64,000 bases of DNA from Minisyncoccota bacterium (GCA_012515515.1 JAAYYE010000012.1:48604-112603), one strand, 5' to 3'. Positions 10,022 through 21,287 are shown, counted from the first letter of the stretch. Numbers and translations are program-made. The notes: generated by a model not told the origin, from the letters alone.

Positions 10022-10888
10022 TTACAGCTCTTCGATTTTAACATTGGGCTGCATGTCGGGCGCTTCGATTAGTTTTAAATATTTTTCCGTGGTTGTAATT
10101 CGCTTGTGTCCTACTAGTTGGGAAACATAAACTAAAGGAGTACCCGCTTTAAGCTGCTCAACAATAAAAGTATGACGCAGATCATTAACTTTAGCTTCTT
10201 TAATGCCCGCTAAACGGAAAAAACGATCAATGGCAGTTCTAATATTTCGCACCAAAAATGGTCGACAAGTTTTAGTTAAAAATAGGGTTTTCTCTTTTGC
10301 TCTGGGTCGCACTTTTAAATAATCTAAAATGGCATTTTTCGCGGCACTATTCATTGGCACACGACGAGCATCTCGAGAATTTTGCGCCTGAATATGAATT
10401 AATTCTCGCTCCATATCTAAATCTGTAATGGTTAAAGAAGCTAATTCACTAATGCGCATTCCCGTTTGTAACAATAATTCAACAATGGCATACATGCGGG
10501 GATCAGTTCGACAGGCATCACGTAAGGCTCGATATTCAAGACGAGCTAAAACTCGTGGCGGACTATTTTCAATTCTAGGATGACTAATGCTCAGGGTAGG
10601 GTTAGTGTCTGCCAAGCCCTCACTAGTTAAAAAACGAAAAAAAGCTTTAATGGAGTTTATTTTTCGAGAAATAGATTTGCTAGTATAGCGTTGCTTATTT
10701 AGCAATTCTTTAAACTCATCAATGTCTTCTGGCAATATTTCACTAATAGTGGTTTTGCCACGTTTTGCAACAAAATCAAGTAATTGTTCTGCATCTTTGC
10801 TGTAAGCAATCACTGTTGACTCGGCTTTAGCGCTAGTCTTTAGATGCTCAGTAAATTTTACTTGCGCATCATTCAGATTTATGGGCAT
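10022..10888 (-). CDS. XerC/XerD-like tyrosine recombinase with non-canonical active site
   Basis: SAM-like N-domain, TGMRISE, NDLRHTF and GHKRITTTEKY motifs. Confidence 0.85.
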   Translation of the reverse strand: MPINLNDAQVKFTEHLKTSAKAESTVIAYSKDAEQLLDFVAKRGKTTISEILPEDIDEFKELLNKQRYTSKSISRKINSIKAFFRFLTSEGLADTNPTLSISHPRIENSPPRVLARLEYRALRDACRTDPRMYAIVELLLQTGMRISELASLTITDLDMERELIHIQAQNSRDARRVPMNSAAKNAILDYLKVRPRAKEKTLFLTKTCRPFLVRNIRTAIDRFFRLAGIKEAKVNDLRHTFIVEQLKAGTPLVYVSQLVGHKRITTTEKYLKLIEAPDMQPNVKIEEL

Positions 10889-10991
10889 AATATCATTAAT
10901 CTAGAACAGGCTTAAAATAATTATTATATTTATATATTAATGTCTTATAGTAACACAAATTAGGATTTTTTTCAATTCACAAAAAAACAAG

Positions 10992-11381
10992 ATGAATAAA
11001 AATCTTAAACAAATCTTTGAGCACCCCCTAATGGTTATTTTAATCAGTATTTTGGCAGTTTTATTAATCCTCTCTCTGCAAGAAAACAAGCGTAAGGCGC
11101 AAAGCAGTAGTCAAAATTTGCAAAAAAATCAAGAACACATAGCACTTTTTAAAGAAACAGTCATGGAAAAAGAAGCCTTTTATGAGCAAACTAAAAGCGA
11201 CCTATATAAAGAAAGGCTCAGAAGGAACGAGTTAGTCAAAAATAAAAAGGGAGAAACGGTTATACTAATACCTGAAGCAAATTTTGACGAAATAAATTAT
11301 AATCAAGAAAGCACGCCAGACAAACTTGATTATAGAGTGCAAAATTGGAAATCTTGGTGGCAATTACTAACTATTAATTAG
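10992..11381 (+). CDS. Septum formation initiator (FtsB/DivIC-like)
   Basis: N-terminal TM helix, coiled coil and ERLRRNELVKNKKGE motif resembling the DivIC ExxAR.....pGE pattern. Confidence 0.65.
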   Translation: MNKNLKQIFEHPLMVILISILAVLLILSLQENKRKAQSSSQNLQKNQEHIALFKETVMEKEAFYEQTKSDLYKERLRRNELVKNKKGETVILIPEANFDEINYNQESTPDKLDYRVQNWKSWWQLLTIN

Positions 11382-11401
11382 TCTGGGAAAGGTCAAATAA
11401 T

Positions 11402-12166
11402 ATGCAATATTTTAACTTTGAGGGCCAAACTGCTTTAGTAACTGGTGCTTCGAGTGGCTTAGGGAGGCAATTTGCCTTGCTTTTAGCTAAAGCCGGAGCT
11501 GATGTGGCCATTGCTGCTCGCCGAGAAGACAAGCTTCAAGAAGTAGCCAAAGAAATCGAAGCCCTTGGTAGAAAAGCCTTAGTTTTAGTCATGGACGTAA
11601 CCAAAGAAGCTGAAATTGCTGCTGGCTTTGCGAAAGTTAAAAGTGAGTGGCAAAAACTAGATATTGTGGTTAACAACGCGGGCACATCAGCCATAGCCCC
11701 CGCTGAAGAAATGTCATTAGAGGATTGGCAAAAGGTGCTTGATGTTAATTTAACTGGCGTTTTCCTGGTAGCCAAGCATGCCGGTTCTTTAATGAAAGAG
11801 CAAAAATTTGGCCGAGTCATCAATATTGCTTCGATGTTTGGCTTGGTGGCTAATAGTGCTTTCACAGTCGCCAATTATCATGCCACCAAGGGCGCGGTCG
11901 TTAATTTAACACGAGCGCTAGCTGCAGAATGGGCAAAATATAATATTACCGTCAACGCTATCGGACCAGGATTTTTTGAATCTGAAATGACAGGTGCTTT
12001 TATTAATACTGGAGATTTTAAACAATATGTAGCCATTAGTTGTCCAATGCAAAGAGTTGGTAAGGATGGAGAACTAAACACCGCTTTGCTTTTTCTAGCT
12101 GATAAAGCCAGCAGTTATATTACTGGTCAAACTATTGCCGTTGACGGTGGCTGGACAGCCATATAA
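11402..12166 (+). CDS. Short-chain dehydrogenase/reductase (FabG/gluconate 5-dehydrogenase-like)
   Basis: TGASSGLG, NNAG, catalytic YHATK and VDGG motifs. Confidence 0.93.
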   Translation: MQYFNFEGQTALVTGASSGLGRQFALLLAKAGADVAIAARREDKLQEVAKEIEALGRKALVLVMDVTKEAEIAAGFAKVKSEWQKLDIVVNNAGTSAIAPAEEMSLEDWQKVLDVNLTGVFLVAKHAGSLMKEQKFGRVINIASMFGLVANSAFTVANYHATKGAVVNLTRALAAEWAKYNITVNAIGPGFFESEMTGAFINTGDFKQYVAISCPMQRVGKDGELNTALLFLADKASSYITGQTIAVDGGWTAI

Positions 12167-12201
12167 TTCTGGAAAAATTTGAGAATAAATATTAAATAAT
12201 G

Positions 12202-12270
12202 TTGCGGGACTAGGAGTCGAACCTAGCCTGTGGGATTATGAGCCCCACGTGCACCGTACACTATCCCGCG
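12202..12270 (-). tRNA. tRNA-Met(CAT), initiator-like and atypically short (69 nt)
   Basis: CGCGGGA/TCCCGCA acceptor with C1-A72 mismatch, anticodon loop CTCATAA, T loop TTCGACT, 5-nt D loop; CCA not encoded. Confidence 0.85.
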
Positions 12271-12282
12271 ACTTATTCTTGT

Positions 12283-12312
12283 ATTATAGCTTAAGTTCAG
12301 CTTGTTTTTCAA
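12283..12312 (-). promoter_or_regulatory. Promoter for the initiator-like tRNA
   Basis: TTGAAA-18 nt-TATAAT directly upstream of the tRNA. Confidence 0.6.
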
Positions 12313-12352
12313 GAGAAAAAACCTTAAAATATCCCCGACTAGTTAATCTAGC

Positions 12353-12426
12353 GGCGAGGTAGCTCAGTTGGTTAGAGCATCGGATTCATAAACCGAAGGT
12401 CGTGAGTTCAACTCTCACCCTCGCTA
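12353..12426 (+). tRNA. tRNA-Met(CAT), probably elongator
   Basis: GGCGAGG/CCTCGCT acceptor, AGCTCAGTTGGTTAGAGC D arm, anticodon CAT, GTTCAA T loop; CCA not encoded. Confidence 0.9.
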
Positions 12427-14094
12427 CAAAGGTATTTTTAAATTATCACTTAATAAAAATCCTGGTGTTTCCCGATCGTCAAGATAACTTTGCTCTACAG
12501 TTCTTAGCTTTTCTGGACGACCATCACGACAATTGGCTGGAGTAATATACAAGGTTCTACCCTCAAACTCTGGAAAGCCACATGAGTCTTGGTAAAATTT
12601 AAATTTGCCAATTGTATAATTAGCCTCATAACGTGCCAGTGGTTGAGCTTGAACCTCTTCAATAGAAATTAAACCTTCTAGCCACAAATAAATATACATT
12701 TCTCTTAAGTCACTACTAAAAACAAGCTGATCATAATCATTGAGATGATCCTTAATTAAGGGCGTGACAATCTCATAATGACGACTGCGAGCATTGGTGT
12801 AAATAATTGGTGTAGCAATAAAATATTGCTGAATAAAATAAGCAAGACTCCAAACATATAACAAAACAGTGATTGCGGCAAATAAAAAATTCCATTTACG
12901 CTTCAAGTTTTTTAAAATATGAAAAATATATTCTAAACCCAGCGCAATAATCAGGCTTAGAGGCAAAATTAAATTAAAAGAGCGAATACTACTGGGAATT
13001 TCTTCGGTGGTGAGAGCAGCTGGAATCGGAGCTAAGACTAACAAAATTAAAACGAAAGGAATTAAATTTGCATATTTTTTATACTTTATTAATCGTGCCA
13101 AACCGAAAAAAAATAAAATTATTTCAAAAAAATAAAATAAACCATGTTCTAAAACAATAAATCTCCTAGTTGCTCCACCAGTGATAAATAAATAGTTAAG
13201 ATTAAAATGTGCCAAATAGTTCTCAAAAAAATATCTAAAATAGAAAAATGGCTTATTATAAAAGCCCCTAAGCAATAACAACGGGGTCTGACCAGTGCTT
13301 TTAGTAGTAAATTGAAAAATTAAGGCTTTTGGCAAGTCATTATTTAAAACTCCAATTGCTGAAAATCTAGTCAAAGCAGAACTCAGAGTTAAAATGAAGG
13401 ATAAAAAAATTAAAGCCAATAAAATTAAATAAGTTTTTTTAAGTCTTTTAGAATTTTTTCTTAATACATTTAATAAAAAGTAGATACTATAAAAACCAAA
13501 CAAAATGATTTTATTTGAATGATAACTGTACATTCCTAAAATGGCAGTTAGAAAAAATAAAAAATAGTGGGTTGGTTGAGTTTTTGTGCTTCTAGTAATT
13601 TTTAACAATAAGATTAAATTTGCCACTAACAACATAAAGCCAAGAATCACTTCCTCTGTGGCTCGTGAATTAACAATGTGCCACGGTGAAATGCTTAATA
13701 GCAACATGGCTAATAGAGCTAAGCGTTTATTATTATTGCTGAGTTCCTTAACCAGATAATAAAACAATACAATTGAAACTACTCCAATTAAAGCCGATGG
13801 CAAACGTGAGGCGAAAATATTTTTACCAAAAATAGCCAAAAATGGAACTTGCAAGTATGAATATAAGGCTGGCTTCGGATCAATTAGAGAATTTAACTGA
13901 ATCGGTAAAGACTGTCCGTCTTCATCCTTCAGCGTTTCTAAAATAGCGCTCGAATTAATTAAAAAAGAGGCCTCATCAGCCTGCAAACCTTTCGGAACTT
14001 CCCCTAGTCGATAAATTCTTAAAAAACTAGCCAGTAAAAGAATTAAAGCAAAAAGTAGTCTAGTTAGATTTTGTTTGTTAAAAATTTTTATCAT
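12424..14094 (-). CDS. GT-C fold glycosyltransferase (ArnT/PMT family)
   Basis: Multi-TM protein; LRIYRL...ADEA motif, KPALYSY, SRLPSA and SPWHI. Confidence 0.8.
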   Translation of the reverse strand: MIKIFNKQNLTRLLFALILLLASFLRIYRLGEVPKGLQADEASFLINSSAILETLKDEDGQSLPIQLNSLIDPKPALYSYLQVPFLAIFGKNIFASRLPSALIGVVSIVLFYYLVKELSNNNKRLALLAMLLLSISPWHIVNSRATEEVILGFMLLVANLILLLKITRSTKTQPTHYFLFFLTAILGMYSYHSNKIILFGFYSIYFLLNVLRKNSKRLKKTYLILLALIFLSFILTLSSALTRFSAIGVLNNDLPKALIFQFTTKSTGQTPLLLLRGFYNKPFFYFRYFFENYLAHFNLNYLFITGGATRRFIVLEHGLFYFFEIILFFFGLARLIKYKKYANLIPFVLILLVLAPIPAALTTEEIPSSIRSFNLILPLSLIIALGLEYIFHILKNLKRKWNFLFAAITVLLYVWSLAYFIQQYFIATPIIYTNARSRHYEIVTPLIKDHLNDYDQLVFSSDLREMYIYLWLEGLISIEEVQAQPLARYEANYTIGKFKFYQDSCGFPEFEGRTLYITPANCRDGRPEKLRTVEQSYLDDRETPGFLLSDNLKIPL

Positions 14095-14124
14095 TCACTT
14101 GTATTATAGAACTTATTACCAATA

Positions 14125-14157
14125 TTAAAAAAGGGAGTCATCAGACTCCCTTTTTAA
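14125..14157. terminator. Intrinsic terminator after groEL (bidirectional-type)
   Basis: AAAAAGGGAGTC-ATCA-GACTCCCTTTTT perfect stem with A/T tracts on both sides. Confidence 0.85.
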
Positions 14158-14173
14158 TCTCAGCGGTAACAAT

Positions 14174-15862
<1,689 letters not shown>

Positions 15863-15875
15863 TTATTCAAATTAA

Positions 15876-16178
15876 TTATTTAATAATTGCTAAAATATCC
15901 TCAAATTTCAAAATTTGATATTCAATATCGTCAACAGTAACTTCGTTACCGCCCCATTTTTTGTAAAGCACTTTATCAGCAACTTTAGCAGGAGCTTTAA
16001 TTTCATGACCATCCTCATGGATGGATGCGCCAACAGCCAACACTTGCCCATACTGAGGCTTTTCACTATCATTAACAGCTAAAATAATTCCTGAAGCAGT
16101 TTGCTTTTCTTGCTCAGCTGGTTTAACTAAAATGTAGCCAGCAGTAGGTTGTAATTTTTTTATTGCTAACTTTGACAT
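15876..16178 (-). CDS. groS: Co-chaperonin GroES
   Basis: TASGII mobile loop, KPQYGQVLAVG and EDILAI. Confidence 0.97.
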   Translation of the reverse strand: MSKLAIKKLQPTAGYILVKPAEQEKQTASGIILAVNDSEKPQYGQVLAVGASIHEDGHEIKAPAKVADKVLYKKWGGNEVTVDDIEYQILKFEDILAIIK

Positions 16179-16275
16179 AAAAACCTTTCTCGGTATTTTA
16201 ATTTTTAGTAGCTATTAAATTTGATGAATAATTTGAGTCATCAAAGCGAATAAAAGTTAACACGAATTATCAATT

Positions 16276-16302
16276 TTAGCAAGTGGTGAATTAGACTGCT
16301 AA
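16276..16302. promoter_or_regulatory. Degenerate CIRCE upstream of groES, overlapping extended -10 TGcTAAAAT
   Basis: TTAGCAAGT-N9-GACTGCTAA. Confidence 0.7.
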
Positions 16303-16727
16303 TTTATCGATAATTGATTATTTATTAAAAAAATCGTATTCATCAAGTTAATTACCTTGTTGATTTCGTCAGCCAGTTGGAGAGAGAGCTGAGAATGCTC
16401 GCCCGCCACTCTTAGCGCGTTTAAAGATAAATTAGAATCCTGAATAATTAATTCGCCCAATTGGATGACAAGTTGTTGGTGCCCATCTAACCACTGAGAC
16501 CTCTCCTTCTCCGATTTAAAGCTAATCTTTTCTAAAAATGCTGATAATTTTTGCGCTTCAAGCAGTTTTAATTGTAAATTAAATTCCAACTGCTGGCTTT
16601 CAAGATAATCATCGGGCTGCTGATTTAAGGATAAAGTTTTGATAGACTCTGCAAATTGTTCCTCATCTAATGAGTAACGCAATTTAATTTCATTTAATAA
16701 GTCTCGTAAATGATCGTTTTTTGCCAT
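16299..16727 (-). CDS. Hypothetical helical protein
   Basis: 142-aa ORF filling the gap between groES and tsaC; no recognised motif. Confidence 0.6.
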   Translation of the reverse strand: MAKNDHLRDLLNEIKLRYSLDEEQFAESIKTLSLNQQPDDYLESQQLEFNLQLKLLEAQKLSAFLEKISFKSEKERSQWLDGHQQLVIQLGELIIQDSNLSLNALRVAGEHSQLSLQLADEINKVINLMNTIFLINNQLSIN

Positions 16728-16775
16728 ATTTCAGGTATAATAACCAGCCTAAGAGCCTTTATCATACTAGAGAAA

Positions 16776-17876
16776 ATGAAAATTATAAAGTTAAATTTAG
16801 CATTAGCAAAAAAAGCCAAGATTACTCAAGTCATTAATGAGGCAATTGCGGTGATTAATGGTGGAGGTCTATTAATTTATCCAACTGAAACAACTTATGG
16901 CATTGGCGCTGATCCGCATAATCAACAAGCAGTTGATAAAGTGCTTCAGTATAAAAGTCGCCGTGAAGGTAAGCCTTTGTCGCTAGCTGTTGCTGATCGT
17001 GCTATGGCTGAAAGATACGTGGCGATTAATGATCAAGCCCAAAATTTTTATCAACGTTTTTTACCTGGACCATACACCGTCATTTCGGAATTAAAAACTA
17101 ATTGTCACATTGATCCGCGCGTGGCCAGTGAATTTGGCACCTTGGGCATTCGCATTCCCAACTATCCTTTTACTTTAGAGTTGCTTAAACAATTAGACCG
17201 TGCCATTACTGCCACTAGTGCTAATGCTTCTGATAAAAAACGCCCCTATCAGATTAATGACATTTTAGAAAATATTAGTGATAAGCAGAAAAAATTAATT
17301 GATCTAATTATTGATGTTGGCCAGCTTGAAAAAAATGAACCATCGGTAGTAATCGACACCACTTTATCAACCCCACTAACTATACGTGGTCAATTAGACA
17401 AACAAGCGGATTTTATTGAATTTAGTTCGCAAAGTGCTAATGAAACTCAAGAATTAGCTAAGCGCTTGATGCTTAAAAATTGGCATAAACTCAAAAAACA
17501 AGGCTTGCTCTTTGTTATGAATGGCGAACTGGGCATGGGTAAAACAGTTTTTGCCAAAGGTATAGCTAAATTTTTACACATCCAAGAAGAAATCACTTCA
17601 CCAACTTACAGTTATCTTAATGAATATGCCTTTCAAAAAGAAAACACTCAGGGTGTTTTTTATCACTTAGATGCCTGGAAAATTGATCAACAGGCAGAAT
17701 TTGCTTTACTAAAAATTGATCGCTTACTGAAAGCAAACAATGTTATCTTAATCGAATGGTGGGATAAGGTTGCCGATTTCTTAACAGAGGAAATCAAAAA
17801 GCAAGCTATTGTTCTAGAGTTAAGTGGCCATGACAATTGGCGTAAAATTAAATTATGGGAAACAAAGAAAAATTAA
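16776..17876 (+). CDS. Fused TsaC/Sua5 (YrdC domain) + TsaE ATPase, t6A biosynthesis
   Basis: N-part: YPTETTYG, KSRREGKPL, PGPYT and TSAN; C-part: GELGMGKT, ITSPTY, HLDAW and IEW. Confidence 0.92.
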   Translation: MKIIKLNLALAKKAKITQVINEAIAVINGGGLLIYPTETTYGIGADPHNQQAVDKVLQYKSRREGKPLSLAVADRAMAERYVAINDQAQNFYQRFLPGPYTVISELKTNCHIDPRVASEFGTLGIRIPNYPFTLELLKQLDRAITATSANASDKKRPYQINDILENISDKQKKLIDLIIDVGQLEKNEPSVVIDTTLSTPLTIRGQLDKQADFIEFSSQSANETQELAKRLMLKNWHKLKKQGLLFVMNGELGMGKTVFAKGIAKFLHIQEEITSPTYSYLNEYAFQKENTQGVFYHLDAWKIDQQAEFALLKIDRLLKANNVILIEWWDKVADFLTEEIKKQAIVLELSGHDNWRKIKLWETKKN

Positions 17877-19009
17877 TTCTCGCTATCGATACTAGTTGCG
17901 ATGATACCAGTGTCGCGGTGCTGGCTGGCACTCGCGTCTTAGCCAATGTGCAAGCATCTCAAACTAATATTCATCAGCAGTATGGCGGAGTGTTTCCTAC
18001 TTTAGCCAAACAAGCCCACCAAGAACATATTGCTGACTGTGTAGATTTAGCGCTTAAAAGAGCTGGTTTATCGAATAGCAAGGAGCAAAAAACTAACTTG
18101 GACGCTTTAGCCGTCACTGTCGGACCGGGTCTCGCTCCAGCTTTAGAGGTCGGCATTAACTATGCTAAAAAATTAGCGCAAAAGTGGCAGACTCCTCTTA
18201 TTCCCATTAATCACATTGAAGCGCACGCTATTTCTCCACTACTTAATCCACAAACTTGCCAAGCACCGCGCACAGTAAATTTTCCGGTTTTAGCTCTCGT
18301 TATTTCTGGCGGTCATAGTGAATTTATTTTAATTAAAAAAATTGGAGATTATGAGCGCCTCGGCTGGACCGTTGATGATAGCGCTGGCGAATGTCTTGAT
18401 AAAATTGGCCGGATGCTCGATTTGGGTTATCCAGCCGGACCAGTTTTAGAAAAATTGGCAAAAAAAGGCAAGTCAAATCGCTGGCCTTTGCCTTTAGCGA
18501 TGACTGCTGTCGAAAATTTTAATCTTAGTTTTTCTGGACTGAAAACGGCTGGTCATCAGCTAATTAATCAACTCTCAGCAAAACAGCCATTAGATGCCCA
18601 AAGCGTTTGTGATCTAGCAGCCTGTGTGCAAAAACAGGTTTTTGCGCAAATTAATTTCAAACTGGAAAGAATTCTGTTTAGCCCAGATTTAAAGAAAACA
18701 ACTTACCCCAATAAACAATATCTCAAAAAAATTAAGCGCCAAGAAATTCAAGCCCCAGTGACCGAGATCAATGAAGTTTGGCTGGGTGGTGGTGTGGCAG
18801 CTAATATAGTTTTGCGAGCTAGTATTAGAAAAACCTTAAGCAATTACCAAAAAATTACAAAGAAAAAAATTAAACTTTTTTTACCTTATCATAAAAAATT
18901 TTGTGCTGATAATGCTGCCATGATTGCCCTCGTCGCTCAGTTTCGCTCATTGAAAAAAAATTATCATCCTCAAGAGTTAGATCGTCAGCCCAATCTAAAA
19001 ATCGGCTAG
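17855..19009 (+). CDS. tsaD: tRNA N6-adenosine threonylcarbamoyltransferase TsaD
   Basis: IDTSCDDT, GPGL, NHIEAH, SGGH, FSGLKT, GGVAAN and DNAAMIA motifs. Confidence 0.96.
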   Translation: MGNKEKLILAIDTSCDDTSVAVLAGTRVLANVQASQTNIHQQYGGVFPTLAKQAHQEHIADCVDLALKRAGLSNSKEQKTNLDALAVTVGPGLAPALEVGINYAKKLAQKWQTPLIPINHIEAHAISPLLNPQTCQAPRTVNFPVLALVISGGHSEFILIKKIGDYERLGWTVDDSAGECLDKIGRMLDLGYPAGPVLEKLAKKGKSNRWPLPLAMTAVENFNLSFSGLKTAGHQLINQLSAKQPLDAQSVCDLAACVQKQVFAQINFKLERILFSPDLKKTTYPNKQYLKKIKRQEIQAPVTEINEVWLGGGVAANIVLRASIRKTLSNYQKITKKKIKLFLPYHKKFCADNAAMIALVAQFRSLKKNYHPQELDRQPNLKIG

Positions 19010-19037
19010 CTTTGCCAAGCGTGATAAAATGTGAGTA

Positions 19038-20798
19038 GTGCAAGAACTAGTCTTGTTTCCTCTACTCGCCAAATCCCAAGCCCACTATTTTGTTGCTGCT
19101 TTTTATAATAAACAAGAAAATTTAATTGTTGCTTTTAGTCTGCAGGGGCCAGATGCTCATTTTTTTGGTAAGGATCTGCAATTAAAAATGTTTAATTGGC
19201 AATTTAAGGGTGCTGAAGAATTACATCTTGCTTTGCTTGACCTTAATAAAGAATGTCGCCTAAACAAATTGCAATTAAATTTTGCCATTAGCTTAAAACT
19301 GCATAAGCAACTAATACTGGTCTGCCAAGGCGGGAGTATCTTGCTCAAGCGTCATCAACAACTTAAAGAATTATTAAGTAGTCAACATGAGATACAAATG
19401 GTGGTTGGTCAATATGCTGAAAATGACCAATTATTATTAATAGCTGGTAATCATTTATTGGGGCAAGTTATTTTAGAAAAAAGTCTAAGTCAATCATTAG
19501 AACTTATTCTCGAGGAAAAACTTAATGATTACCTCAAGAATAATTTTAAAACTGCCTTAGTCTTATGGCGTTATCAGGCCAAAGAAAAAATTGTTTGGAC
19601 AAAAAAGCTTGCTCAACTAAAAACTTATATCAATCGGCTTAAATTAATGCCTGCTAAACTTACTAGTCTTTGGAGAAAAATAAAAGACCTCCGACAAGAA
19701 CAAAAAAAACGCTATCAAAAAATATTTATAGCTGCTGGGGCAATTATTTTCATCACGATGATTGCCACTCTGCTCTGGCAACATCAGCAAGAAAAAACCC
19801 TAGATAGCATTGGGCAAGAAATTAGCTCAATAATTCCCAGTGACGAAGAATTGTTGTTGTTAAGTGCTACTCAGCCCGTGCTAGCCAGAGAAAAAATAAG
19901 CAAAAGTCAAGCAACTTTGCAAGAATTGTTGACTGAAACAAGTTCACGAACAGCCAAAAAGAAAATAGAGGCAGAAATTGAGCAATTACAAGCGATTGCT
20001 GAAAAATTAAGCAGTGAAAATAATCTGGATCAATTGGTCATTTATAGCAATTGGTACGATAGTTATCCCAATTTTTTAGGCAAAAAAATCCTGAGTAGTC
20101 CCCAAGGTTTGATAGTCGCTAATGATCAAAAAAATCAATTATTGCTCATCAAAGAACAAAACAATTTTTCCTTGTGGGAAAATGATTTTCAAGATTTCGC
20201 TGTTGATCGAAGTAACAGTGATCAACTCAACATTTTCATCAAAAACCAAGGTATTAAATATTTGAATTGGGAAAATGCAAATCTAAGTGAATTAAAAAGT
20301 GAAGGAGATTCGGATCGAGATGCCTTATTACTCGAAAGTTATCAAGCTTATCTCTATTTATTGAATCCAGAAAAGCGTAACATTTATCGTTACACTTTAA
20401 GAGGTGGAGAATTAAGCGAAGCAATTGGTTGGTTGGTCGAAAAACAAGGCATTAATTTTGCCGATATTAGCGACCTGAATGTCGACGGCAATCTTTGGTT
20501 AACTTTTAAAGACGCTGAAATTATGAAATTTGATAGAGGTTATCAAGAAGAATTTTCATTAAGCGGTTTGGAACAAATGCCCAATAGCTCGCTTTTAATA
20601 GCTACCCAAGAAAATGCCGATAAGCTTGTTTTCTTAGACACAGGCAATAATCGCTTAATCGTCACTACCAGGGAGGGTCAGTTAATTAGTGAAATCAAAA
20701 GTAATGAGTTAGCTGGGGTGAGCGATATTGTTTTAGCTGATGATGGTCAAAGCTGTTTTGCTTTGAGCGGTTCGGTTATTTATCAAATCCAACTGTAA
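19038..20798 (+). CDS. Hypothetical single-pass membrane protein with coiled coil and C-terminal beta-propeller-like domain
   Basis: TM at about aa 230-247; repeated beta-rich segments such as YLYLLNP and VDGNLW; N-domain may be a degenerate PP2C-like fold (guess). Confidence 0.6.
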   Translation: MQELVLFPLLAKSQAHYFVAAFYNKQENLIVAFSLQGPDAHFFGKDLQLKMFNWQFKGAEELHLALLDLNKECRLNKLQLNFAISLKLHKQLILVCQGGSILLKRHQQLKELLSSQHEIQMVVGQYAENDQLLLIAGNHLLGQVILEKSLSQSLELILEEKLNDYLKNNFKTALVLWRYQAKEKIVWTKKLAQLKTYINRLKLMPAKLTSLWRKIKDLRQEQKKRYQKIFIAAGAIIFITMIATLLWQHQQEKTLDSIGQEISSIIPSDEELLLLSATQPVLAREKISKSQATLQELLTETSSRTAKKKIEAEIEQLQAIAEKLSSENNLDQLVIYSNWYDSYPNFLGKKILSSPQGLIVANDQKNQLLLIKEQNNFSLWENDFQDFAVDRSNSDQLNIFIKNQGIKYLNWENANLSELKSEGDSDRDALLLESYQAYLYLLNPEKRNIYRYTLRGGELSEAIGWLVEKQGINFADISDLNVDGNLWLTFKDAEIMKFDRGYQEEFSLSGLEQMPNSSLLIATQENADKLVFLDTGNNRLIVTTREGQLISEIKSNELAGVSDIVLADDGQSCFALSGSVIYQIQL

Positions 20799-20816
20799 AA
20801 CTGTTACAATATAGCC

Positions 20817-21287
20817 ATGTTATTGTTAAAAAATAAAAAGGCTTATTTTGACTATAAATTAGAAAAAAAGTATCAAGCTGGGATTGTTTTAAGTGGAGCT
20901 GAAGTTAAAAGTTTAAGATTAAAACATGCAAGTTTAGCGGGTAGTTATGTTAAGGCTTTAGTCAATAAAAACAAACAAGCTGAACTATATCTGATCAATG
21001 CCCAAATTAATGCTTATCGCTTTGCTAATCAACATGATGATTACGATCCTAAAAGAAGTCGCAAATTATTACTCAAAAGAAAAGAAATCGAAGAGCTGTT
21101 GCAGAGTAGCGAACAACAATCTTACAGTATTATCCCCTTAGCTTTTATTCTAGAACGAAATTACATTAAGCTAGAAATAGCCCTTGCCAAAGGTAAAAAA
21201 GTTTTTGAAAAAAGAGAAACTCTGAAAAAGAAGGATTTGAGAAGAGAAATGGGCAAAAAATTAAAACTTAGTCAAATAAAAATTTAA
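20817..21287 (+). CDS. smpB: SsrA-binding protein SmpB
   Basis: NKKAYFDY, AGIVLSGAEVKSLR, RKLLL and AKGKK motifs. Confidence 0.97.
   Translation: MLLLKNKKAYFDYKLEKKYQAGIVLSGAEVKSLRLKHASLAGSYVKALVNKNKQAELYLINAQINAYRFANQHDDYDPKRSRKLLLKRKEIEELLQSSEQQSYSIIPLAFILERNYIKLEIALAKGKKVFEKRETLKKKDLRREMGKKLKLSQIKI

Noticed and set aside
10889-10991. Possible dif or att site next to the Xer-like gene
   Set aside because: AT-rich divergent promoter region; no convincing dif-like arms (XerD arm TTATGTTAAAT) and no flanking direct repeats were recognised
10022-12426. Integrative element (recombinase near tRNA genes)
   Set aside because: Neighbours are housekeeping genes and no duplicated tRNA 3' end was found
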